Source of the DNA: an uncultured Clostridia bacterium
Lineage (GTDB): Bacteria; Bacillota; Clostridia; Christensenellales; Borkfalkiaceae
Assembly: GCA_944367465.1 (NCBI GenBank)
Contig: CALVWO010000001.1
Location: 6,758 to 70,757, forward strand
Direction: 5' to 3'
DNA: 64,000 nt
Positions 17,699 through 24,711 of the stretch are shown piece by piece. Within the stretch, counting starts at the first letter, position 1, and every line of letters starts with the position of its first letter. Below the pieces are notes generated by a model. It saw only the letters and a list, made by a program, of their open reading frames with translations, was not told the origin of the DNA and did no database searches. A program made the position numbers and the translations under genes.

Positions 17699-18742
17699 TC
17701 ATGTTCGCCGCCTCCCCCTTTTCTCGGGATAGCAGTCGCACAAATGACCGTCCGGAAGATAGCCTGTATCAGAGCACTTCGGACATATATATTTCGGCTC
17801 CAGATCTTCGAACGTCATGTTCATGGCTGTCAGACGCTCGGCTTTGACGGCAGCGGCGATCTTCTGCTTTCGGATCAGCTCCTGCAAGCCCGGAAGCGAG
17901 AACGCCTCCGCTTTGCCGATTCGGATATCCAGACTGCGATACTCCCGTTCTGCGTCTGCAAAGCGGGCGTCCTCCATAGCCCGTGCCCGCATTTCCTCCG
18001 CGCGGCTTGTGGCGGCGTTTCGGCGCAAAGCATAGAATCTCTCTCGCTCCGCTCTCGCATCCGCGTTCCGCGTTCTTTCGTCTTTGCCTTTTGCGCGCCT
18101 GACGATCTCCTCGCGCTTTGCGCGCAGGAGCTTTCCGTTGACATGGAATTTTGCCCGTTGGTAGTTGTTTCTTGCCGCGCCCTCAACGTATACGAGCCCC
18201 ATCGCCTTCAGGCGGTCGATACTCTTGATGACGGTATCCTTCCCGAACGGCAGGCGGCGCGCGATCCCGCGGCAGGATCCCGACCATGCCTTTTTGTTCT
18301 TGGAGAATGAAATGAGATAGCTTAGCACAAGGACTTCGTTCTTCGTCAGATAGCGCAGCACGCCGTCCGCCTCGAATTGCGCATGATAGAGCCACTCCTC
18401 GATGTATAAATACGGCTCGTCCTCTTTGATCCCTTTGCTCTGATACTCATGCACGTTATCCCCGCGCTCGGCGAGATCGTTATCCAGGACGACGCGGATG
18501 GCACGCGATACAGACGCGCGGGAGATGCGGTATCGCTTGTTGAGCTCGGAATATGTAAAATCGCTCTTATGTCCATCGGCGGAAAAACTGAAAATGGCAG
18601 AGCACACCAAAAGCGCGGCACCGCAGAGCTTTCGCTCGCGCCCGTTCCGCATGACCGTGCGTCCCATAAGACTGTACGGGACGCGCACAAACCCGCTGTG
18701 CGAGCCTCCCGCCCGATTTAATTTTTCCGCCGTATTCATCAT
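17699..18742 (-). CDS. Replication initiator/organizer-like DNA-binding protein (two wHTH-like segments plus a C-terminal zinc ribbon)
   Basis: 347 aa. Contains YRISRASVSRAIRVVL and CRGIARRLPFGKDTVIKSIDRLKAMGLVYVEG. An R/A/E-rich coiled stretch is followed by CPKCSDTGYLPDGHLCDC, which resembles the N-terminal zinc ribbon of DnaI/DnaC-type loaders. No AAA+ motifs. Confidence 0.5.
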   Translation of the reverse strand: MMNTAEKLNRAGGSHSGFVRVPYSLMGRTVMRNGRERKLCGAALLVCSAIFSFSADGHKSDFTYSELNKRYRISRASVSRAIRVVLDNDLAERGDNVHEYQSKGIKEDEPYLYIEEWLYHAQFEADGVLRYLTKNEVLVLSYLISFSKNKKAWSGSCRGIARRLPFGKDTVIKSIDRLKAMGLVYVEGAARNNYQRAKFHVNGKLLRAKREEIVRRAKGKDERTRNADARAERERFYALRRNAATSRAEEMRARAMEDARFADAEREYRSLDIRIGKAEAFSLPGLQELIRKQKIAAAVKAERLTAMNMTFEDLEPKYICPKCSDTGYLPDGHLCDCYPEKRGRRRT

Positions 18743-18871
18743 AGCATTTTCCTCTCAATATCCCTTGCTGCGGGGCTTTCCCGCCCCGCGCGGGATATTT
18801 CGTTCGTTCCCGTTTCTGGGAATGGGGCGGGTCTTACGCGCCCGCTATACGCTTTTTTTCAAAGTCCGCGA

Positions 18872-19264
18872 TTACGAAAGTATTCTGCGGAGCGTTTGTT
18901 CGACGTCGGCGCGATACGCGCTTTGCAAGCGATAGACTGCCGACTGATCTTCAAACCGTTCCGCTACTTCCGCGACCCTCTCCGCGATCCATTGCACCGC
19001 GTCCGCATAACTCGTTTTGCCGCTGAACTCCACTTCTCGAAAATAAGCTTCGGGATCGATAGTCTCGCCGCATACTTTCCGCACGAAGAACTCCGTTTTT
19101 ACCTCGTCTATCGTGCTTTGGATGCGAATCTGATATCCGACATGCTCATACCAAAGCGATATCCATGTTTCAAACCTCTGCCCGTTGAACGTCCAATTAT
19201 GGTTGTTCCTGTCCACCGTCTTGATAATCTGCCTCGTGAGCTTCGCCCTTGCCTTTTCCGTCAT
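18872..19264 (-). CDS. Hypothetical protein (element)
   Basis: 130-aa ORF co-directional with and upstream of the rep-like gene. No recognisable motif. Confidence 0.5.
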   Translation of the reverse strand: MTEKARAKLTRQIIKTVDRNNHNWTFNGQRFETWISLWYEHVGYQIRIQSTIDEVKTEFFVRKVCGETIDPEAYFREVEFSGKTSYADAVQWIAERVAEVAERFEDQSAVYRLQSAYRADVEQTLRRILS

Positions 19265-19286
19265 ATTCGCATCTCCTTGTTTTATT

Positions 19287-19349
19287 CGTTTTGAATAATT
19301 ATATTACTCATTTTGAATAAAGTCAAGTATTATTTTTCATTTTGAATAA
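19287..19349 (+). promoter_or_regulatory. Three direct copies of (C)(A/G)TTTTGAATAA, putative operators in a divergent promoter region
   Basis: Copies at 19287-19298, 19309-19320 and 19338-19349. They lie between the minus-strand gene starting at 19264 and the plus-strand XRE gene. Confidence 0.55.
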
Positions 19350-19350
19350 A

Positions 19351-19569
19351 ATGAATTTTATGAATACTTTTTCGGAAAGGCTCACCGAACTGAGAAAAGA
19401 ACGCGGACTTACCTTAAAACAAGTATCAGCTGCGTTGTCTATTCCGCTTCAAACGTATGCTAATTATGAGCATGGAACCCGACAACCGCCAATCGAACTT
19501 ATTGTGGAAATCTGCAAATTTTATTGTGTTACATCCGATTATTTAATCGGGCTGTCTGACAGCTATTAA
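19351..19569 (+). CDS. XRE-family HTH regulator (Cro/CI-like)
   Basis: Contains FSERLTELRKERGLTLKQVSAALSIPLQTYANYEHGTRQP. The track start at 19342 is TTG; the first ATG is at 19351. No clear SD, so the mRNA may be near-leaderless. Confidence 0.8.
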   Translation: MNFMNTFSERLTELRKERGLTLKQVSAALSIPLQTYANYEHGTRQPPIELIVEICKFYCVTSDYLIGLSDSY

Positions 19570-19765
19570 TCTGCGCTTTAATAATCTCTTCGGCGGTTTC
19601 CCCGTATATATTTGCAAGGACAAGAACTTGTTCTATCCCAATTTTTCTGTTGCCATTCTCATAATTTGAAAATCCCGAGACGCTCACACCCAAAGCGGCG
19701 GCGACGTCGGCACGGGTCTTTCCGCTCTGTTCCCGCAACTCTCGCAAAGTCATCCCATCGTTCAT
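19529..19765 (-). CDS. XRE-family HTH regulator
   Basis: 78 aa. Contains MTLRELREQSGKTRADVAAALGVSVSGFSNYENGNRK. Convergent with the previous gene; their 3' ends overlap by 41 nt. Confidence 0.8.
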   Translation of the reverse strand: MNDGMTLRELREQSGKTRADVAAALGVSVSGFSNYENGNRKIGIEQVLVLANIYGETAEEIIKAQINSCQTARLNNRM

Positions 19766-19794
19766 ACTCCTACCTCAAACGCCTGTACGGACGT

Positions 19795-20010
19795 TTATTC
19801 TTTTTTCAAGTACAGCTTGCCGTCGGTGCAGCCGATCACGCCGGCGGACATCAGTTTTCCGACATTATAGGTGACCGTGGATCGGGAACAACCCAGGCGG
19901 CGCGCGATATCCTCAAAGTCCACGCGGCGCGCGCCCTCCGCAAGCTCGTCCGCAAGCAGACAATACAGCCGCGTTTCGTAGTTCTCCAGCCTCGTGATCG
20001 CGCCATCCAT
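19795..20010 (-). CDS. Small winged-helix DNA-binding protein
   Basis: Start MDGAITRLE at 20010, preceded by GGAGGGG. Contains FEDIARRLGCSRSTVTYNVGKLMSAGVIGCTDGKLYL. The longer track ORF is probably a 5' over-extension. Confidence 0.65.
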   Translation of the reverse strand: MDGAITRLENYETRLYCLLADELAEGARRVDFEDIARRLGCSRSTVTYNVGKLMSAGVIGCTDGKLYLKKE

Positions 20011-20187
20011 CGTTCCCCTCCTTCCGGCGGCTCCACCGCCGTTTTTTGCCGATTTTTCCCGATTTTCGCCCCCTCCTTCGGGGCGGCTCGAAAATCCGCT
20101 ATTCAGCGGATTTTCGAGAAATTCCATGCGGTACCTTCGCTTTCTCAGCACCCGCGCGACAAAGCCGCGCGGGATTTAGTACCGCCG

Positions 20188-20338
20188 TCCGTTTATTTTC
20201 TGCGCGATTTTGAAAGTAATGACAAAATTTTCAAACGAATTTCGCCCCATCGGGCGAAATTCGCCTTCGGTTCGTCTCGAATTTGAAAATTTTTAATGTC
20301 ATTCCTTCTTTTCAAAATCGCGCAAATACAAATAAACG
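20188..20338. repeat. 151-nt long imperfect inverted repeat (compound hairpin) in the intergenic region after the Zot-like ATPase gene
   Basis: Hand pairing found these stems: 20188-97 with 20329-38 (10 bp), 20201-14 with 20309-22 (14 bp), 20217-22 with 20297-302 (6 bp), and 20223-34 with 20281-92 (12 bp). There is also an inner perfect 11-bp hairpin, GAATTTCGCCC, loop CATC, GGGCGAAATTC (20236-20261). Confidence 0.85.
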
Positions 20339-20390
20339 GATAACAACACCGCTGCGCCGTTGATGCAGCCATGCTCCGCGTTACGCAATC

Positions 20391-21671
20391 TTACGCCGTG
20401 CGCCGTTTGGGCTTGTCGTCCTGATCGCGGACGCGCACTTCATCTTCGCCCACCAAAAGCGTTTCCCACGTCGCAAGATCGATGGGTTTATCCTTCGCCT
20501 GATACATTTTCCACCACGTTCTGCCATCGTAGTCCGCCATACCGCGGCGCGGAAAAATGTATGTACCGCGATCGAACACGGTACCCTGCCCGTTTGCTCC
20601 GCCATGCGTATACGGAATTTTCCGAAATCCGATCGTTTCAAGATATTTCTCTCGATAAAAATACTTTTCACCGATATACTGCGCCTTTTCACGGCTGATT
20701 TTGCCCTCTTGCAGCCGCCGAAAATAGCGATTTTTCTGCTTTTGAAAGATCTTCCACGCAAAATTCGGTGCCATGATCGTTTCCTGCCGCTGCAAATTGA
20801 TGTTATAATCCGTCACGCCGCGTATCTGGACGGCGTTTCCCGTCTCCCGCTGATCGGTATTGATCAACGTAAAGTCGCCGAAATGACGGATAAAACGATA
20901 TGTTGCCTGTTCTGCGAGCGACATATCCCGCGAACGGGACGCGCCGCTATCCAATCCCGATTCGTCCTTAAAAAGCACGGAATATTCGGGTACCCTCGTG
21001 ACCTGCGCCTCTACCTCGGGCGTCATAACGTAACTGAACCGCCCGAGAAGGTCGCGGAGCGGGATCGTAGAGACAAGACATGGAATATACCGCGCCTCCC
21101 GTTCTGCGTAGTAAATGTAGCTCTCTTCCAATGCCGCAAACTTTTCGATGGCGTCCGTGTTGCCCTCGAGCTTCCAGCGCGTCACCATGCCGTGTTGCAG
21201 GAAATAGTCGCTTTTCAGCTTCGCCCAACGGCTTGCAGCCACGGCGATCGCGATGTTTGCGCCACCAGAAAACGTCTTGCCACACCCCGGAACGCCCGTA
21301 AGCGTTACCACGCGCGCCGATCCGAGATAGTCCATCGCCTGAACGCGCGCGACGTTCTCGTAATATTTGCATCGGACAACGTTGACGAATGTTTTGATGA
21401 AAAACACCAGCGCGACGATCTGCACCACCAATGCGACGAGCCACAATACCACGTCCGCAATGAAGGAGACTTCCCACCGCCAACGGAAAAAGATCGAGAC
21501 ATCGAGAAAGGAATAGAGAAGATTCTGCCAGCCGTGATAATAATCCTTCGTCACGAAGTACGCTGCCACAAAAACCACGGCGGGAATGTAGTTATACCGC
21601 CTCGTGTTCTTGTACGGCTCCAAAAGCCGGGCTTGTTGCCGTGCAAACCACTCATCGCTGTGCGTTTTCAT
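20391..21671 (-). CDS. Zot/pI-like P-loop NTPase with an N-terminal transmembrane region
   Basis: 426 aa from ATG 21671. Two or three TM helices at roughly residues 30-100. Motifs in order: GVPGCGKT, STIPLRD, VLFKDESG, FIRHFGDFTLINTDQ. This order parallels the Zot/pI motifs GxxGxGKT, TN.., hhhDE, HRxxGxDhhhhTQ. Confidence 0.55.
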   Translation of the reverse strand: MKTHSDEWFARQQARLLEPYKNTRRYNYIPAVVFVAAYFVTKDYYHGWQNLLYSFLDVSIFFRWRWEVSFIADVVLWLVALVVQIVALVFFIKTFVNVVRCKYYENVARVQAMDYLGSARVVTLTGVPGCGKTFSGGANIAIAVAASRWAKLKSDYFLQHGMVTRWKLEGNTDAIEKFAALEESYIYYAEREARYIPCLVSTIPLRDLLGRFSYVMTPEVEAQVTRVPEYSVLFKDESGLDSGASRSRDMSLAEQATYRFIRHFGDFTLINTDQRETGNAVQIRGVTDYNINLQRQETIMAPNFAWKIFQKQKNRYFRRLQEGKISREKAQYIGEKYFYREKYLETIGFRKIPYTHGGANGQGTVFDRGTYIFPRRGMADYDGRTWWKMYQAKDKPIDLATWETLLVGEDEVRVRDQDDKPKRRTA

Positions 21672-21811
21672 AACCTTACCCCGACGAATACCCCGAGAAG
21701 GAATATGATCGCCGCGCACACCGCGATCAATACGACGACGTTGACCTTACGATCTGCGATCTTTTCCTTCTTTTTCGGTTGTTCCTGTTCCTTCTGTTCC
21801 CTGGTTTCCAT
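21668..21811 (-). CDS. 47-aa single-TM peptide, translationally coupled (ATGA) to the Zot-like ATPase
   Basis: Hand translation gives METREQKEQEQPKKKEKIADRKVNVVVLIAVCAAIIFLLGVFVGVRL. It is below the ORF-track size cutoff and fills the gap between neighbouring genes exactly. Confidence 0.55.
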   Translation of the reverse strand: METREQKEQEQPKKKEKIADRKVNVVVLIAVCAAIIFLLGVFVGVRL

Positions 21812-21814
21812 ATA

Positions 21815-23029
21815 TCACAAGTATTTTTCGTAGCGGTCATCGATGGATGCGACAAATTCCTTGTCGTACTTATCGATGGGAACGCTCCAAGCGCTTTCCA
21901 ATGCGTTCCAATGCCATCCGCGTTTCTTCAACGCGTAAATGAGCTGCGGTTTCGGGCGTGTGGTGAACTTGATGAATACGCGCTCGCCCGCGTCGATCCG
22001 CTTGCGGTAAGCGTTCAGATTGTCCGTTTCGAGGAGTTTCTGCGCCTTCGGCGCGCCCTGATAGGTGCCCGCCTTGATCTTGTCGTAGATCTTCGCCGCC
22101 GTCGTGTTCTTGCGGAAACGGTATTTTTTATCCATTTCGTCGTAAAGTTCGACAAACCGCGCGGGATCGTACTGCGCGATGGGCGTCAAAGCGTTTGCGA
22201 TCGTCGTGGGCGATGTGAACCACCCGCGCGCGAGAGCTTCTTTGAAATGCTCTTCTGCCCGTTTCGCATCCTTTGCGCTCGTATCCTCATATTGACGCTT
22301 GCTTTCTCTAACGCTCTCTTCGATCTTTTCGAACCACGTCACAAAATCATGCGCGTCGCGGAGGATCTGTTCGCTCTTGTCGTATTTTTTCGCATTGTAT
22401 CGCGCCGGTCCCGCAACCGTGATGGGAACATGCTGTGCTTCGAGCGAAAGTTTACGCGTCCAACGCTTATGGATCTGATCGATGATCTGCTGTTTTTTGC
22501 TGTCTGCAATATCCCAGCCCAAAACCCGATTAACGTAACGCTGATAATCCCGCGCGGAATTATCGCCGCGATTGAACATGCTGTTCCCGTTTGCCGTTTC
22601 AATGTCCCGCCGGTTCAGCTCGGGGATCACGACGGTGCTTTTCTGTTCGGCGGGCTGTGTCTCCCGTTTCATCGGCGCGGTGAGTTCCGTTTTTCCCCCG
22701 CTCACGACCGGAACGAGCAAAGCAGATACTGCTTTCGGGAGCGCCGCCTGCGGCTTTCTCGGCTCCAAAATGGGGCGCATAGGAGCGGAGGCAGTCTTTT
22801 TCTTCGAGGACTTCTTGCCCTTTGACTTCCCTTCTTTCCGGCGAGCACGCTCCTCCTTGCGATACGCGTTCCACGCCGCCCATGCCTCGCGCGGGCTCAT
22901 ACCGGATGTACTCATCCCGACACCCTCCAAAAGCCCGTACGGACGGCGCCTTAGGTCGCTTTTGACTTGCAGCATGCGGAGCTGCGTCGCCTGCTCCTCT
23001 TTTTCCTCCTCTTTAATGACTTTTCTCAT
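21815..23029 (-). CDS. Hypothetical 404-aa protein: Lys-rich N-terminal region plus a helical C-terminal domain
   Basis: Start ATG at 23029 (MRKVIKEEEKEE), preceded by GGAGGGG; the track start at 23065 is TTG. Contains KEGKSKGKKSSKKK and C-terminal LKKRGWHWNALESAW. Confidence 0.6.
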   Translation of the reverse strand: MRKVIKEEEKEEQATQLRMLQVKSDLRRRPYGLLEGVGMSTSGMSPREAWAAWNAYRKEERARRKEGKSKGKKSSKKKTASAPMRPILEPRKPQAALPKAVSALLVPVVSGGKTELTAPMKRETQPAEQKSTVVIPELNRRDIETANGNSMFNRGDNSARDYQRYVNRVLGWDIADSKKQQIIDQIHKRWTRKLSLEAQHVPITVAGPARYNAKKYDKSEQILRDAHDFVTWFEKIEESVRESKRQYEDTSAKDAKRAEEHFKEALARGWFTSPTTIANALTPIAQYDPARFVELYDEMDKKYRFRKNTTAAKIYDKIKAGTYQGAPKAQKLLETDNLNAYRKRIDAGERVFIKFTTRPKPQLIYALKKRGWHWNALESAWSVPIDKYDKEFVASIDDRYEKYL

Positions 23030-23058
23030 GGATATGCCCCTCCGTTTTTCAAATTCTA

Positions 23059-23087
23059 TTGACAAACTTACAGAAATTGCGTATAAT
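23059..23087 (+). promoter_or_regulatory. Perfect sigma-70 consensus promoter (TTGACA, 17-nt spacer, TATAAT) pointing against the minus-strand operon
   Basis: TTGACA at 23059-23064, 17-nt spacer, TATAAT at 23082-23087. No credible plus-strand ORF lies downstream. Confidence 0.6.
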
Positions 23088-23178
23088 GCTTATAGAAAGG
23101 TTTGTGTCTCCCTCAATATCGGGGTTGCAGACGCGGGGCTATGGACGAATCAGGTTTCGGGCAGCCGCCTTTCTTTTT

Positions 23179-23514
23179 TTATTGCCCTTTTTTCCGCAGC
23201 CGTTCGATAAGTTCCCACACGACAGCTTTATCTTCCGCCGATAAGCCAAGACCATCCAGCTGTTTTCCGTATAATTTTGCCTGTTCCTGCGTAATTTTCG
23301 GGCGCACGTATGCCTGTTTTTCGTCCTTCGGGTTCGGATTCTTTTTCAAAGGAATATTATTGACTCCTTTCGTCCGTTTTCCGTGAGTCACGCCCAGACT
23401 TTGTAATTTACTGCCCGTCATGCCGAAAACATATTGCAAATGACCTTTGGCTTCTTTGGTGTTCAGCTTTCGGAACTCATCCAGATTTTTTGTTTTTTTC
23501 CTTCGCTTGCTCAT
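23179..23514 (-). CDS. Small highly basic protein (element)
   Basis: 111 aa, K/R-rich (MSKRRKKTKNLDEFRKL...). No motif recognised. Confidence 0.6.
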   Translation of the reverse strand: MSKRRKKTKNLDEFRKLNTKEAKGHLQYVFGMTGSKLQSLGVTHGKRTKGVNNIPLKKNPNPKDEKQAYVRPKITQEQAKLYGKQLDGLGLSAEDKAVVWELIERLRKKGQ

Positions 23515-23556
23515 TTTTGCATCCCCCCTGCCTTCATTTCCGCTGGCAGGGTTTTC

Positions 23557-23979
23557 CTATTTCTTTTTGGAGACAGGCTTTTCGGCGAATCTTGTGCGTT
23601 TTGCCTTAGCCTTTTTCGCTGCTTCCTCTCGGTTCATGGCGTCGTACTCTCGTGCGACAAGGTGCCGATACACCTCATGCCGCTTTTCCCCATCCCATTT
23701 TTTGACCTTATCTTTGCCATAGATCTTGCCGAGCATATCGCCCTGCGTAGCGATATTCATATAGGCTCCGTCCACGACCCGCAAAGCGTCCGTATAGTTG
23801 CTTCTCTTCCACTTCGGAATATCGTGCGACGCGCTGTTTGCGGCTTCTCTCATATTGTCGAGAGAGCTTTTCCCATAGCCGCGCACCTTGGGCGCAAAAC
23901 ACCAGCGGATCTCTTGGCGGATGATCTCCTTTGCCTTCTTCGTATTCGATCTTACGGGTTTACTTGCCATTTCCCTCAC
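23557..23979 (-). CDS. Small basic protein (element)
   Basis: 140 aa, K/R-rich at both ends (..SKPVRSNTKKAKE.. and ..AAKKAKAKRTRFAEKPVSKKK). Confidence 0.6.
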   Translation of the reverse strand: MREMASKPVRSNTKKAKEIIRQEIRWCFAPKVRGYGKSSLDNMREAANSASHDIPKWKRSNYTDALRVVDGAYMNIATQGDMLGKIYGKDKVKKWDGEKRHEVYRHLVAREYDAMNREEAAKKAKAKRTRFAEKPVSKKK

Positions 23980-24302
23980 CTCTTGCCTTCGATTTTTCTG
24001 ACGGTAATACCGCTTTTCGCAATCCTGCGCATATTCTCGGGGGTCTGATCGTAATACAGCCGCTCTTCTGTTCGGACATAGCGCCCGGGCGCGTTCTCGG
24101 ATGTCACACGCGTCACGACGATCTTATTCTTCGTCGCCCCCACGGCAGTAGCGTTCGCCAACGCCGTTCCGATGGGGACGGCTGCTTCGTTCCTCCGCTT
24201 CTTCGGGGCGGGTGCTGCACTGCCCTTCTTGTTCACGGGAACCGTAACGGCTTTTGCAGCCTTGCTCCCCACATTGCACTTTCTGCTCTTCGTCTTATCC
24301 AT
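23976..24302 (-). CDS. Small basic protein (element)
   Basis: 108 aa. Contains MDKTKSRKCNVGSKAAKAVTVPVNKKGSAAPAPKKRRNE. ATGA overlap with the next gene. Confidence 0.6.
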   Translation of the reverse strand: MDKTKSRKCNVGSKAAKAVTVPVNKKGSAAPAPKKRRNEAAVPIGTALANATAVGATKNKIVVTRVTSENAPGRYVRTEERLYYDQTPENMRRIAKSGITVRKIEGKR

Positions 24303-24332
24303 ATTTCACCTCTTATCCCTTTTCAGGGTTTT

Positions 24333-24710
24333 TTACTTTTTCTTGATCTCCAAAATTACTTTCACGACAATAAATACGACCATGATCACGGCAAATCCTA
24401 TGAGCGAATAGCCGATCCACGGCACGAACGGCGCGCAGACTGCATATTTTTCGCCCAGCCAACGGAATAGAACGTATACCGCGCCCGTGATCGCCGTCGC
24501 AATGATGGGCGCCACGATGGATACATTCCCAGTGCGGAACGCCTTCACGACCTTCACGATCACCATGACCGCCTCCACCGCAAGCAACGCGTACATAACA
24601 TAGTTGCACCACGGGAGCGCCGCCGTCAGATTCTCGTACTCCTTCGAAAGATATTCCAGCAATACGCGCACCGCAAGCGCCAACACCGTTAAACATACAG
24701 ACCAGATCAT
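24333..24710 (-). CDS. Polytopic small membrane protein (about 4 TM)
   Basis: 125 aa, almost entirely hydrophobic helices, ending in KKK. Starts 1 nt after the stop of the 652-aa gene. Confidence 0.7.
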   Translation of the reverse strand: MIWSVCLTVLALAVRVLLEYLSKEYENLTAALPWCNYVMYALLAVEAVMVIVKVVKAFRTGNVSIVAPIIATAITGAVYVLFRWLGEKYAVCAPFVPWIGYSLIGFAVIMVVFIVVKVILEIKKK

Positions 24711-24711
24711 C

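Noticed and set aside
20604-22825. 409-aa and 348-aa plus-strand ORFs within the element
   Set aside because: They are antisense shadows of the ATPase and 404-aa genes. Composition is low-complexity Arg/Phe/Leu-rich, they have no RBS, and they conflict with the tightly coupled minus-strand operon.
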